63,856 nt of DNA from an uncultured Alphaproteobacteria bacterium (GCA_944392205.1 CALXVV010000028.1:1-63856), one strand, 5' to 3'. Counted from the first letter of the stretch, positions 29,433 to 40,146 are shown. The notes: a model not told the origin generated them from the letters alone. Program-made: numbers and translations.

Positions 29433-31250
29433 ATGAATATGAGAAATATTGCCATAATAGCTCACGTTGACCACGGCAAGACCACGCTGGTTGACGGGCT
29501 CCTAAAACAAAGCGGAACCTTCCGCGATAATCAAAAGGTAGAAACCTGTGTTATGGACAGCAACGAGCTGGAAAGAGAGCGTGGTATCACCATCCTTTCA
29601 AAATGCACCTCTGTTAACTGGCACGGGACTCACATTAACATTGTGGACACTCCGGGCCACGCTGACTTTGGCGGCGAGGTTGAGCGCATTCTCTCCATGG
29701 TTGATGGTGTTGTTTTGCTGGTTGATGCCTCTGAAGGCCCAATGCCGCAGACCAAGTTTGTGCTGGGCAAGGCATTAAAATTAGGGCTCTGCCCGATTGT
29801 CGTTATCAACAAAGCCGACAAGCCGGATGCCCGTTGTGATGAGGTATTAGACGAGGTCTTTGACCTTTTTGTCAGCTTAAATGCCAACGACAAGCAGCTT
29901 GATTTTCCGGTTCTTTACGCTTCCGGACGCAATGGTTGGGCGGTTAAAGAGTTAGAAGATGAGAAAAAAGATTTAACCCCCTTGTTTGAGCTGATTTTGT
30001 CTTATGTTCCTGAGCCTGCCTGTGAGCCGGACAAACCTTTTTCAATGCTGGCCACCACTTTGGAATCCGACAAATTCATCGGCCGTTTGCTAACCGGAAA
30101 GATTCAATCAGGCACCTTGCATTTGAATGATACGGTAAAAGTTTTGGATGGCCAAAACAACGAGATTGAACGTGTCCGCATCAGCAAAATTTTGGCCTAT
30201 CGCGGGCTCAACCGAGAATCTCTGACCGAGGCTCATGCCGGAGATATTGTGGCAGTTGCCGGTGTTGTCAAGGGCACCGTAGCCGATACGATATGCGCTT
30301 TTGAGGTTAATGAGGCCATCAAAGCTCAGCCGATAGATCCTCCGACTTTGGCCATGACTTTTTCAATCAACGATTCGCCTTTGGCCGGCCGTGAGGGGGA
30401 TAAAGTTACCTCTCGTATGATTTGGGACCGTTTGTGCAAAGAAGCCGAAGGCAACATCGCCCTCAAGATTTCCCGCACCGACAGCAGTGATTCTTTTGAG
30501 GTAGCCGGCCGCGGAGAATTGCAGTTAGGCGTGCTGATTGAGACCATGCGCCGAGAGGGCTTTGAGCTTTCCATCTCTCGTCCGCGTGTATTGATGAAAA
30601 AAGATGAAAACGGCCAACTTTTGGAACCGATAGAAGAAGTTGTTGTCGATGTTGATGAAGAGTTTTCCGGAGCTGTTGTTGAGAAATTAGGACAAAGAAG
30701 AGCCGAGATGGTAGATATGATTCCTTCCCAAATTGGCAACAAAGTCCGCCTGATTTTCAACGCTCCTTCACGCGGTCTGATTGGTTATCACTCAGAATTT
30801 TTAACCGACACCCGCGGCACCGGCGTCATGAACAGATTGTTCAAATGCTATGAACCCTACAAAGGAGAGATTGAAAGCCGCCGCAACGGAGTTCTGATTT
30901 CCTCAGAAACCGGCACAGCCATTGCCTATTCTTTGTGGAAGTTGCAAGAGCGCGGCCCCATGTTTATTGACCCGGGTGTTCCGGTCTACACCGGCATGAT
31001 TATCGGTGAACACACCAAACCAAATGACTTGGAAGTCAACCCTTGCAAAGCTAAGCAGCTGACCAACATCCGTGCAGCAGGCAAGGATGAGGCCATAGAT
31101 TTGGTTCCGCCTCGCAAGCTGACTTTGGAGCAAGGCTTGTCCTACATTCAAGAAGATGAACTCTTAGAGGTTACACCCAAGACTTTGCGCCTGCGCAAAC
31201 GGATTTTGGACCCGATAGCCCGTCGCCGTCAAAAACCAGGTGATTTGTAA
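29433..31250 (+). CDS. typA: Translational GTPase TypA/BipA
   Basis: MRNIAIIAHVDHGKTTLVD, DTPGHADFGGEVER and GRGELQL. Confidence 0.97.
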   Translation: MNMRNIAIIAHVDHGKTTLVDGLLKQSGTFRDNQKVETCVMDSNELERERGITILSKCTSVNWHGTHINIVDTPGHADFGGEVERILSMVDGVVLLVDASEGPMPQTKFVLGKALKLGLCPIVVINKADKPDARCDEVLDEVFDLFVSLNANDKQLDFPVLYASGRNGWAVKELEDEKKDLTPLFELILSYVPEPACEPDKPFSMLATTLESDKFIGRLLTGKIQSGTLHLNDTVKVLDGQNNEIERVRISKILAYRGLNRESLTEAHAGDIVAVAGVVKGTVADTICAFEVNEAIKAQPIDPPTLAMTFSINDSPLAGREGDKVTSRMIWDRLCKEAEGNIALKISRTDSSDSFEVAGRGELQLGVLIETMRREGFELSISRPRVLMKKDENGQLLEPIEEVVVDVDEEFSGAVVEKLGQRRAEMVDMIPSQIGNKVRLIFNAPSRGLIGYHSEFLTDTRGTGVMNRLFKCYEPYKGEIESRRNGVLISSETGTAIAYSLWKLQERGPMFIDPGVPVYTGMIIGEHTKPNDLEVNPCKAKQLTNIRAAGKDEAIDLVPPRKLTLEQGLSYIQEDELLEVTPKTLRLRKRILDPIARRRQKPGDL

Positions 31251-31258
31251 GAAAACGG

Positions 31259-31291
31259 AAAACCCTCGATACAAAAATATCGAGGGTTTTT
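31259..31291. terminator. Bidirectional terminator after typA
   Basis: AAAACCCTCGATA...TATCGAGGGTTTT. Confidence 0.8.
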
Positions 31292-31296
31292 CATCT

Positions 31297-31590
31297 TCAA
31301 ATTTTAGAGTTCTTACTCTCTGGTGCGGAAATCATTCCAAACAAGGAACATACCCCTATGGCCAAAGCATAACTGATGAGCTGAGAAACCAGCACCAACT
31401 CATCTTCGGTTTGCCAATGGACAAAAAAGAGTGGAAGGATCATGATGGCGGCAATCAAAAAAGCATGCATTTTTCGCACATGAAACCGATGTTCCAAAAC
31501 GCGCAAACGGCTCTCAAAATGGAAAAGCATAAACACGGCCAACAAAACAACCACTATGAGTTCTTTGGGCTGAGGTAGAATAAACTCCAT
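31297..31590 (-). CDS. Orphan small membrane protein (about 3 TM)
   Basis: 97-aa hydrophobic ORF filling the gap between two terminators, with an AT-rich leader lacking a clear SD. Confidence 0.6.
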   Translation of the reverse strand: MEFILPQPKELIVVVLLAVFMLFHFESRLRVLEHRFHVRKMHAFLIAAIMILPLFFVHWQTEDELVLVSQLISYALAIGVCSLFGMISAPESKNSKI

Positions 31591-31730
31591 AACCTATAAT
31601 ATTTAAATTGTTTGTATTTAATTGTGAACTGCAGTGATGTATAGCACCAAAAGATTAAAATTCAATAAAAAACTCCGGAATTTTTCCGGAGTTTTTAAGC
31701 CATGTCGTTTATGGAGAAATCAAAAAAATA

Positions 31731-32036
31731 TTATCGTCCGCTGTTACCTTTATCTGTATTAACAAAATGAACTTTCTTAGGCTTAAATGGTGCCTTAACG
31801 GTATTAATCAGAGAAGCCACTCTATCACTCATAGATGGTTTTCCGTGAGCAGCTTTTTCCAAACGAGGAGAATACCCCTCAAACGTCTTAGTATTTCCGT
31901 TTTCCCCCAAAGAATTAAAATCAACATACAACTTCTTAGGGCTCAAATCAAACTTTATCTCATAATCGCCAGGACCGGAAGCCAGATGCTTAGCCCCGTC
32001 CTCAATACGTGTCATGGTTTCTTTAATATCAGTCAT
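31731..32036 (-). CDS. Orphan hypothetical protein
   Basis: 101 aa from ATG 32036 with GGAG SD, followed by terminator ACTCCGGAA..TTCCGGAGT. Confidence 0.65.
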   Translation of the reverse strand: MTDIKETMTRIEDGAKHLASGPGDYEIKFDLSPKKLYVDFNSLGENGNTKTFEGYSPRLEKAAHGKPSMSDRVASLINTVKAPFKPKKVHFVNTDKGNSGR

Positions 32037-32228
32037 AACATTTCTCCACAAACAAAATCTCATCTCTTTTGTCTATTATCGCAATTTAAAAGCATTTTGT
32101 CAACTAAAAAACTTTAAAAAATGGCGAAAAACTTAGGCAAAAGTTGATATTTAGTGTTTCATTATTGGAAATAATAACCTATAATCTCTTAAAATCAACT
32201 TAATAAACCAATTAGGCCACAAAATATA

Positions 32229-33812
32229 ATGAGTTTATTCAAATCTATTGCCACCTTTGGCAGTTTTACGCTCCTTTCCCGCATAACCGGATTCTTTCGT
32301 GACATGGTTTTGGCCAACTTTCTGGGCGCCGGCATGATTTCCGATGCTTTTTTTGTTGCTTTCAAGCTGCCAAACCTGTTTCGCTCTTTGTTTGCAGAGG
32401 GGGCTTTTACCTCTGCTTTTGTGCCGATGCTTTCTCACAAACTGGTGACCGACAGCAAGCAAGACGCCATAGATTTTGCCGCCCGAGCAATATCGGTTTT
32501 GGCCTTCTTTTTGGCGATTTTTGTAATCATAATGGAGTTGTTAATGCCCTTTGTGGTCCAGCTTCTGGCGCCCGGGTTTATTGATGACCACGGCAAGATA
32601 GAGCTGGCAACCGAGCTTTCAAGAATTACTTTTCCGTTTTTGCTTTTTATATCTATTGTTTCTTTCCAATCTGGGATTCTGAATGCGCTTGGCAAATTTG
32701 CCGCCCCGGCAGCCGCTCCGGTTATTTTGAATGTGATGATGATTTTATCCGTTTTCATTTTTGTACCGTTTGGCAGCACGCCGGCGCACGGCATCGCCAT
32801 TGGCGTAACCGTTGCCGGTTTTCTAGAGATTTTGTGGCTGATGTTCTTTTTGCACCGCCAGCAGGTCTACCTAAAGCCGGATTTCAAGATTTTATCTTTA
32901 CTCAAAGACAGCAGCATTCGCACACTTTTTAAAAGAATTGCCCCCGGCGTATTGGGCGCCGGTGTTTACCAAATCAACATGGTGGTAGACACCATTTTGG
33001 TCTCTCTGGTGGGAACCGGTGCCATATCATGGCTGTATTATGCCAACAGATTGCAACAACTGCCTTTAGGAGTGGTCGGTGCCGCCATTGGTGTTGCGGT
33101 TTTGCCGATTCTCTCACATCATCTAAAAGCCGGAGAAATTGACGAGGCCGGACGTGTGCAAAACAAGGCTTGGGAGTATGGGGCCCTGCTTTCGATTCCG
33201 GCCGCGGTTGCCCTGATTTTCCTGGCCGAGCCAACGATTAACATTCTTTTCCAACACGGCAAATTTGGCAGTTTTCAAACTGATATGACCGCCAAAGCCG
33301 TCATTGCCTATGCCATAGGTTTGCCTGCCTATGTCTTGGTCAAAGCCTTGGCGCCAAACTTTTTTGCCAGAGGAGATACGAAAACGCCGGTCAAATACAG
33401 TATCGTGGTGCTGCTCACCAATTTGTGTTTTTCGGTTATCTTAATGAAACCTTTTGGACATGTGGGCATAGCTATGGCCACCACAATAGCAGCTTTTGTA
33501 TCATTGGGGCAATACATTCATGGTCTCAAAAAACGAGGTTTCTGGGCTTGTCCAAAAGAACTCTTGATACAAACGGCAAAAATTCTGGCATGCTCAATTG
33601 TGATGGGAATAATAATTGATTTTGGCGAGATTTTATTGAATATGCATTACGGCAACTGGCTAAACCTTTCCATATGGTCCAAACTATGCTGGTTCTTGCT
33701 TTTGTGCATTTTGGGTGTTGCAACTTTTGCAATAACCGCTAAACTAAGTGGTACCTTTGATATTAAAGAGCTAATAAAGATGCTTGGCAAACGGAGTGGC
33801 AAAAATGCGTAA
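32229..33812 (+). CDS. murJ: Lipid II flippase MurJ
   Basis: LSRITGFFRD, AFKLPNLFRSLFAEGAF and LYYANRLQQLPLG. Confidence 0.96.
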   Translation: MSLFKSIATFGSFTLLSRITGFFRDMVLANFLGAGMISDAFFVAFKLPNLFRSLFAEGAFTSAFVPMLSHKLVTDSKQDAIDFAARAISVLAFFLAIFVIIMELLMPFVVQLLAPGFIDDHGKIELATELSRITFPFLLFISIVSFQSGILNALGKFAAPAAAPVILNVMMILSVFIFVPFGSTPAHGIAIGVTVAGFLEILWLMFFLHRQQVYLKPDFKILSLLKDSSIRTLFKRIAPGVLGAGVYQINMVVDTILVSLVGTGAISWLYYANRLQQLPLGVVGAAIGVAVLPILSHHLKAGEIDEAGRVQNKAWEYGALLSIPAAVALIFLAEPTINILFQHGKFGSFQTDMTAKAVIAYAIGLPAYVLVKALAPNFFARGDTKTPVKYSIVVLLTNLCFSVILMKPFGHVGIAMATTIAAFVSLGQYIHGLKKRGFWACPKELLIQTAKILACSIVMGIIIDFGEILLNMHYGNWLNLSIWSKLCWFLLLCILGVATFAITAKLSGTFDIKELIKMLGKRSGKNA

Positions 33813-34824
33813 AATCCAAATAAAAGAACGGATACTTGCACTAAGGATTCCTCAACGATTAAAGGTATTGCTGCGCCCTTGGCCGCGCTTAAGAAATTTG
33901 GTTAACACCTGGCCCAAGCTGATTTTGCTGTTTATTGCCGCTTTTATCTTTTTGTACTACCCCTTGGGTGCCATGGTTAGTGAAAATATTGATAAAAACA
34001 CCGACTATGAATTTCACAAAAAGGGCTCTCAATCCGCAACAATCGGAGCCATGGCATTTTTAATTCGCCGAGAAGTCTATGATAAGAGCTGGACGCCGAG
34101 CCTTCCCTTTGTGTTTCCGGCCTCCATGCTGGATAACATGCCCTCTTTTCAGCTGGGGCTGATGTCTTCAATCGGCACTCTCTCCAAAGCCCTTGCCCAA
34201 AGGATAGACATGCCATCCCAAGAAGAATCTCCTCTGCAGACAGCTGCAGATTTATTGCAATATCCCGGCACGATTTGGATGTTTTCTCCAGACAATAATT
34301 TGGTTCCGGCCCCCTCTTCCAACAGCCAGTACAGAAGAGCCCGCAAACAGTTGCAAAACTACAATCGTGATTTAGCTGAAGGCCAGGCAGTGTTCATCAC
34401 CAAAGCAGAAGACCTGAGTTATTTTCTGAAAGCCATTCAAAAAGACTTGGCCAAGAGTTCTCGCAAACTGGAAACACAAATCAGAGAACACAGCACCGAT
34501 TTTTATGACGGCAAGGCTGACGATGTTTTCTACTATGAGCAAGGCAAGTTATATGCCTACTACCTGCTTCTAAAAGCTCTCGGCACAGACTACAAAGAGA
34601 CCATCTTACAACACAACATTTACCAGACCTGGACATCGCTGTTAAAGACGCTTGAAAACGCAAGTCTTCTTTCACCGACAATTGTTCGCAACGGAGAATT
34701 AGATAGTCTGACAGCCCCCAACCACCTGGCATCGCTCGGATATTTTAACCATAAAGCAATTGCTCTTCTACAAAACATGCAAGCAATGCTTAATCGCCCT
34801 CAAACACAAGGAATAGCAAAATGA
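33805..34824 (+). CDS. DUF2333 family protein
   Basis: LDNMPSFQLG, LQYPGTIW and KADDVFYYEQGKLYAY, with an N-terminal TM anchor. Confidence 0.75.
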   Translation: MRKIQIKERILALRIPQRLKVLLRPWPRLRNLVNTWPKLILLFIAAFIFLYYPLGAMVSENIDKNTDYEFHKKGSQSATIGAMAFLIRREVYDKSWTPSLPFVFPASMLDNMPSFQLGLMSSIGTLSKALAQRIDMPSQEESPLQTAADLLQYPGTIWMFSPDNNLVPAPSSNSQYRRARKQLQNYNRDLAEGQAVFITKAEDLSYFLKAIQKDLAKSSRKLETQIREHSTDFYDGKADDVFYYEQGKLYAYYLLLKALGTDYKETILQHNIYQTWTSLLKTLENASLLSPTIVRNGELDSLTAPNHLASLGYFNHKAIALLQNMQAMLNRPQTQGIAK

Positions 34825-35363
34825 TTATAGAAACTCAGCCCACTCCGGACAAAAACGTGCTGAATTTTTTTCCACCACAGCCGGTTCTCAAGGCCGGGCG
34901 AGCAGAATTTGTAGACGCCAAATCCCTGCGCAAATCACCTTTAGCGGAACATATTTTTGACCTTGGCGGCATTGTCTCTCTTTTTATCACGGCCGAGATG
35001 ATATCTGTCACCAAAGAAGATACTGCCTCATGGGAGGAGCTAAAGCCCCAAATTTTAGCAGAAATTATGGATCATCTTTCTACCGGAGAAGAAACCATCA
35101 CCGCTTCTGCCGCAGAAGAGAACAATGTTGTAGACCAAATAAAAGGCCTGCTCAATGCCAGGATTCGTCCGGCAGTCAAACAAGATGGCGGAGATATCGT
35201 TTTTAGAGATTTCAAAGATGGAGTTGTCTATGTGGAGATGCAGGGCTCCTGCAAAGGATGCCCCTATGCCCTTGTCACTCTGAAAGAAGGGGTTGAAAAG
35301 ATATTAAAGACCTATATTCCACAAGTAAGAGAGGTTAGGAATCAATCGGCTGAAGAGGAGTGA
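34821..35363 (+). CDS. NifU/Nfu Fe-S scaffold protein
   Basis: IETQPTP N-domain, RIRPAVKQDGGDI and MQGSCKGCP. Confidence 0.92.
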   Translation: MIIETQPTPDKNVLNFFPPQPVLKAGRAEFVDAKSLRKSPLAEHIFDLGGIVSLFITAEMISVTKEDTASWEELKPQILAEIMDHLSTGEETITASAAEENNVVDQIKGLLNARIRPAVKQDGGDIVFRDFKDGVVYVEMQGSCKGCPYALVTLKEGVEKILKTYIPQVREVRNQSAEEE

Positions 35364-36289
35364 GAATGAGATACCTTCTCTTTGTTTTATATCTTTTGTT
35401 GGCCCTGCCTGTTCCGGCAAAAGCGGCAGATGCTTTGAACCTAGGCAAAATAAGCGTTGCCGAGTTAGAAGAAATTTACGATTTTTACGATTATCATGGG
35501 GAAAAAGACTATCTCATGATACCGAGTTATCACTACCCGCCGATTTTCTTAAAATATTTTCCGAGTGATTTTGCCAAGATAACTGATGAAAAAAAGCGCA
35601 ACGCGATGTTCATCAAGATTTTAGCACCGCTAACGATGAAGTTAAACAATGAAATTTTAGCAGAAAGAAAAGAAATCTTAGCGGTTTTAAAAGACTTTCA
35701 AAAGCATCAAGAACTCAGCAGCGAACAAGAAAAATTTATTGAAGATAAAGCCACAAAATATGATGTATTCACCCGTCTTCAAGGATATCGAAGATACGCC
35801 TATTTTTTAGATGAATTGCTGAAAAAAGTTCATGTTATTCCGCCATCAATTTTAATCACGGCATCAGCCCTGGAAACCAACTGGGGAACATCGCGTATTG
35901 TCAAAGAGGGTAATTCTCTATACAAAGCGCTCAACTGGTATAGCGACGAAGGTCTAAAACCGATAGGAGAAAAAGAAGATGACAGCTATCGGATAAAAAC
36001 CTACCCAGATATTTACAGTTCGATGCAAGAATTTGCCTTAAAACTTAACTCCAGTATTTCCTTTAAGGAATTAAGAGGATTTCGCGACAAAATTTTAGAC
36101 CGCCGCACTCCATTGCTTGGCACCATGTTAGCACCGCACATGGTTTGGAACTCTCCCTTACAAAACTATGCCGGACTTTTTGACTATACTCTTGCGTATT
36201 ACGAGCTCAATATAATTGACAAATCCGTGCTAGATAGTAAGATGATAGAGAAATCATTGCCTAAGAAGCTGCAAGATTTGGCCTTGTAA
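35360..36289 (+). CDS. Exported glucosaminidase (GH73/Bax-like)
   Basis: Signal peptide, KRNAMFIKILAP and VIPPSILITASALETNWGTSR. Confidence 0.75.
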   Translation: MRMRYLLFVLYLLLALPVPAKAADALNLGKISVAELEEIYDFYDYHGEKDYLMIPSYHYPPIFLKYFPSDFAKITDEKKRNAMFIKILAPLTMKLNNEILAERKEILAVLKDFQKHQELSSEQEKFIEDKATKYDVFTRLQGYRRYAYFLDELLKKVHVIPPSILITASALETNWGTSRIVKEGNSLYKALNWYSDEGLKPIGEKEDDSYRIKTYPDIYSSMQEFALKLNSSISFKELRGFRDKILDRRTPLLGTMLAPHMVWNSPLQNYAGLFDYTLAYYELNIIDKSVLDSKMIEKSLPKKLQDLAL

Positions 36290-36364
36290 CAAAACTGTCA
36301 TTAGAATTTGGCAGCATTTGGTATTATTATATACTTTAGGACAACCACTTTTTGGCATATAACC

Positions 36365-37471
36365 ATGAACAAAACGCCGTTAACAAAACAAGATGTTGAG
36401 AATTTATCTTTGCACCCCGGGCTGGGTGCAAAAACGGTTGTTGCCCAAAAGGTAAGCAACTATTATAACGGCACCACGGTTACGCCCAAAGGGTTGAAAC
36501 TGGCAGAAGATATTTTCCGCATTATGGTTAGAGACGTAGAGTTAAAAGTTCGCGAGGTTTTGGCTGAAAGCTTAAAAAACTGCCATAATTTACCTGAAGA
36601 TATTGTTGATTCCGTCATCAGGGATTCTGACAGTGTTGCCATTCCGTTTTTGAAATACTATTCCAGCTTGAGCAACAATGATTTAATCCGAATTTTAAAC
36701 ATTTCCGGCATCAATAAGCAGATAGCAGTTGCAGAAAGACTAAATCTCCCGCATGAGATCTCGCAATATATTGCCGAAAAATGCCCGGAAGAGGTCGTCG
36801 GAGCACTGATATCAAATGAAACCGCTAATATTCATGAAAAGACCTATGACACAATTTTAGAAAAATATCACGAAAGTGAAGACATTAAACGCCGCCTGGT
36901 TTATCGTACGGAAGTTCCAACCTCTGTAATTGAAAAAATTGCCAACTCCCTGTCTGAGGAGCTGAAGAAACATCTGATTTTGACACATAACCTACCAGTT
37001 GATATGGCAACAGATTTGGTTGAGGAAGTGAGAGAGAAGACGACCTTAAAGATATCTGAGGAATATAGTTCCGACAAACAAATAGAAGAACTGGTACATC
37101 AACTATATACATCTAACCGCCTCACCGCTAATTTGGTTGTTCGCGCCATCTGCATGGGAGATTTGAAATTTTTTGAATATGCTATTGTGTACTTATCTAA
37201 CACGCCGATTTTAGAGGTCAGAAAAACCTTGTTTAACCCCACGGCAGATTTCATGGTTCGCAACCTTCTGCGCAAAGCCTACATTCCCAAGACGATGTTT
37301 CCGGCAGTTTTCTCGGCCTTAAAAGTTATAAAAGATATTAAATTTGATTGCAAAAGAAGCAATCGTCAGTCTTTTGCGCACAAGGTAATTGAGCGAATTT
37401 TATCATACACCCCCGGCAATGATGAACTAAGTGAAGAAGATATTCGTTATCTTGTATCTAAAATCAGCTAG
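36365..37471 (+). CDS. DUF2336 domain protein
   Basis: LAEDIFRIMVRDVELKVREVLAESLK, VAIPFL and LVVRAICMGDLKFFE. Confidence 0.8.
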   Translation: MNKTPLTKQDVENLSLHPGLGAKTVVAQKVSNYYNGTTVTPKGLKLAEDIFRIMVRDVELKVREVLAESLKNCHNLPEDIVDSVIRDSDSVAIPFLKYYSSLSNNDLIRILNISGINKQIAVAERLNLPHEISQYIAEKCPEEVVGALISNETANIHEKTYDTILEKYHESEDIKRRLVYRTEVPTSVIEKIANSLSEELKKHLILTHNLPVDMATDLVEEVREKTTLKISEEYSSDKQIEELVHQLYTSNRLTANLVVRAICMGDLKFFEYAIVYLSNTPILEVRKTLFNPTADFMVRNLLRKAYIPKTMFPAVFSALKVIKDIKFDCKRSNRQSFAHKVIERILSYTPGNDELSEEDIRYLVSKIS

Positions 37472-37528
37472 GCTTATATTTTTCTTAATAAATATTGTTT
37501 ATACTAGGCGGCTAAGGAGGACAAACTT

Positions 37529-39211
37529 TTGCCGAGCGAAAGAGACATAATTTTAAATGATTTGTTAGCCCTAAACACGGCTATTGCCAAAGATACAGAT
37601 ACCCAAATCTTGGTAGAAAAAGTCATGAGGGTTGCAGCCAAAGCGGCCTCTGCCGATGGCTGTTTTTTCTTTGAGATTGGGCAAGACAAGTTTATGTCCC
37701 TCACCTACAGCAACATCAAAAGCCTAAGAGAGCGCCAGGTTGGTTTTGACAACCTAGACTTTTTTGAACCGATAGCTTTGGTAGATATAAAAAACAAAGC
37801 AGCCAAACGTCCGGCAGAAATCTGCGCCATAAACCGAGAAATCATAAATACCGACAACATTTACAATGATGACGAAATAGATACCTCATTCATCTCAGGA
37901 TTTGACTACAAAAATGACTATGCCACCGTTTCTGTTTTGGCCCTTCCGCTGATTGACAGAAAGGATAATCTCATCGGTGTGGCGCAATTTATCAACGCCA
38001 TGGACAACAACGGCAAAGTGATAAACTTCACCTCTGAGACGGTCAACATGCTGTTATCCATTTGCCAATTGCTTGTTGTTGTGCTGGAAAACAAAGGATT
38101 AAGAGAGGCATATTCTCAGCTTTTGGAGTCTTTTATTGAGGTTTTGGCGCGCGCCATTGATGCCAAATCACCTTATACAGGCAGCCACTGCCAAAAAGTT
38201 CCGATTATCACCAGGATGTTGACCACCGCAGCCACGGAAGAAACAGAAGGCCCCTTAAAAGATTTTGAGATGAGCGATGACGACTGGTATGCTCTGCACA
38301 TTGCCTCTTGGCTGCATGACTGCGGCAAAGTCACCACTCCGGAATATATTGTCGATAAGGCCACCAAATTAGAAACCATAAACAATCGCATTCACGAGAT
38401 TCGCAATCGGTTTGAGATTTTAAGAAGAGATGCCCACATTACCTACCTGCAGAAGCGTTTGGCAGAAGTTGACAGCAAAGAGAATCTACAGGCAGAGTTT
38501 ATAGCAAAAGTAAAGCAATTAGAAGATGATTTTGCCTTTGTAGCCTGGTGCAACACGGGAGATAACGAGATAAGCAAAGCCGATCAACAACGCCTAGATG
38601 AAATCGGCAAGCAGACATTTACGAGATACTTCAACCGCATGTTGGGACTTTCCTGGGCGGAGCGCAATGCCGTCACAACGCCTGAAATTTATAATCACCC
38701 CTGCCAAGAGCAGCTCTTGCAAGACAGGCCCGACCATTTGATGGACGGCTACAACAGAGGAGAGCTATACAATCTCAAGATAAAACAAGGAACCATCAAT
38801 AAGGAAGAAAGGGAAAAGATCAACGACCATATTGTTGTGACCATTGATATGCTAAAAGCGCTACCTTTCCCCAAAGAGCTTGCCAACGTGGTAGAATACG
38901 CCGGCTGCCACCATGAATGGGTCAACGGCAAAGGATACCCCAACCACCTGACCGGAGACCAGATGTCGATTCCGGCTAAAATAATGGCCATTGCTGATGT
39001 TTTTGAGGCCCTCACGGCCAAAGACCGCCCCTACAAGGAGCCTAAAAAGTTATCAGAAGTTTTGCGAATTATGCAAGAGATGAAAAACATCGGACATTTG
39101 GATCCTGATTTGTATAGAGTATTTATCACACATAAGGTTTACTTGGACTATGCTGAACAATATATGAATAAAGAACAAATAGATGAAATTAATCCCGAGG
39201 AGTATTTATAA
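37529..39211 (+). CDS. GAF + HD-GYP cyclic-dinucleotide phosphodiesterase
   Basis: GAF segment (SVLALPLID..LIGVAQFIN), AIDAKSPYTGSHC, WLHDCGK, HHEWVNGKGYP and IADVFEALT. Confidence 0.92.
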   Translation: MPSERDIILNDLLALNTAIAKDTDTQILVEKVMRVAAKAASADGCFFFEIGQDKFMSLTYSNIKSLRERQVGFDNLDFFEPIALVDIKNKAAKRPAEICAINREIINTDNIYNDDEIDTSFISGFDYKNDYATVSVLALPLIDRKDNLIGVAQFINAMDNNGKVINFTSETVNMLLSICQLLVVVLENKGLREAYSQLLESFIEVLARAIDAKSPYTGSHCQKVPIITRMLTTAATEETEGPLKDFEMSDDDWYALHIASWLHDCGKVTTPEYIVDKATKLETINNRIHEIRNRFEILRRDAHITYLQKRLAEVDSKENLQAEFIAKVKQLEDDFAFVAWCNTGDNEISKADQQRLDEIGKQTFTRYFNRMLGLSWAERNAVTTPEIYNHPCQEQLLQDRPDHLMDGYNRGELYNLKIKQGTINKEEREKINDHIVVTIDMLKALPFPKELANVVEYAGCHHEWVNGKGYPNHLTGDQMSIPAKIMAIADVFEALTAKDRPYKEPKKLSEVLRIMQEMKNIGHLDPDLYRVFITHKVYLDYAEQYMNKEQIDEINPEEYL

Positions 39212-39963
39212 TGCCAGAGATACACACGGTCCTGTGCCGGGCCGGACAGATGGATAACTACAGCTATATTTTGCATGATAAAAAAAGCGGCATTACAGCG
39301 GTGATAGACCCTTCGGAAAATGCGCCGATAATAAAGAAACTGCAAGAGCTGGGGCTGAGGCTTGACTATATCTTAAACACACATCACCACTTTGACCACA
39401 CAGATGGCAATTTGGAACTAAAAGAGCTGTTTGGCGCCAAAGTTATCGGCGACCAAAAAGATGCGCGACGCATTCCTGGACTGGATTTTGGCGTTGAAGA
39501 TGGGCAGACTTACAGCCTGGATAAAAGGGGCTTAGATTTAGCAGACAAGAAAAAAGATACTGATTTTATTTTTAAGGTTATAGATGTTTCTGCCCACACC
39601 CAAGGACATGTTTTATATTATTTTCCTCAAGACAAGACTGTTTTCACCGGAGATACCTTGTTTAACCTATGTGTTGGCGGGTTATTTGAAGGAACGATTG
39701 AGCAGATGTTTACCGCGCTGTCAAAAATCAGAGCTCTGCCTGAAGACGTGAGATTTTACCCCGGGCATGAATATACTTTTGGCGGAGCCCACGAGGCTTA
39801 TAATTATTTTGGCGGCAATGAGGATATCCAGAATTATTTGAGCCAAGCCCAGATGAGGCTGAAACAGGGGCTTTCGGCCGGCCCTTTTACGCTTGGCGAG
39901 GAGAAGAAATGTAACCCCTATCTGGCAGCAGATAGCTTGGAAGAGTTTAGAAAATTATTTTAG
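39211..39963 (+). CDS. gloB: Hydroxyacylglutathione hydrolase (glyoxalase II)
   Basis: THHHFDH, HTQGH, FTGDTLF and YPGHEY. Confidence 0.9.
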   Translation: MPEIHTVLCRAGQMDNYSYILHDKKSGITAVIDPSENAPIIKKLQELGLRLDYILNTHHHFDHTDGNLELKELFGAKVIGDQKDARRIPGLDFGVEDGQTYSLDKRGLDLADKKKDTDFIFKVIDVSAHTQGHVLYYFPQDKTVFTGDTLFNLCVGGLFEGTIEQMFTALSKIRALPEDVRFYPGHEYTFGGAHEAYNYFGGNEDIQNYLSQAQMRLKQGLSAGPFTLGEEKKCNPYLAADSLEEFRKLF

Positions 39964-39972
39964 GGTTTAGCG

Positions 39973-40146
39973 GGACACTTTTGAGCCTCTCAAATTGCTC
40001 TAGATGCGCCGGCATACATAAAAATTTGGAGAATGGTACAGATAGAGTGATTTGAAAGGCAAAAGTACCGGAGCGTACATTAGAGGTACGTGAGGACACT
40101 TTTGATCTTGCAAATTGCTCTAGATGTGCCGTTATACAAATTTTTA
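39973..40146 (+). repeat. RPE-like palindromic element type B (complete copy 40019-40146, preceded by a right-half fragment 39973-40011)
   Basis: TAAAAATTTG/CAAATTTTTA ends, GGTACA-GA-TAGAG/CTCTA-GA-TGTGCC, core CCGGAGCGTAC-attagag-GTACGTGAGGA. Confidence 0.88.
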
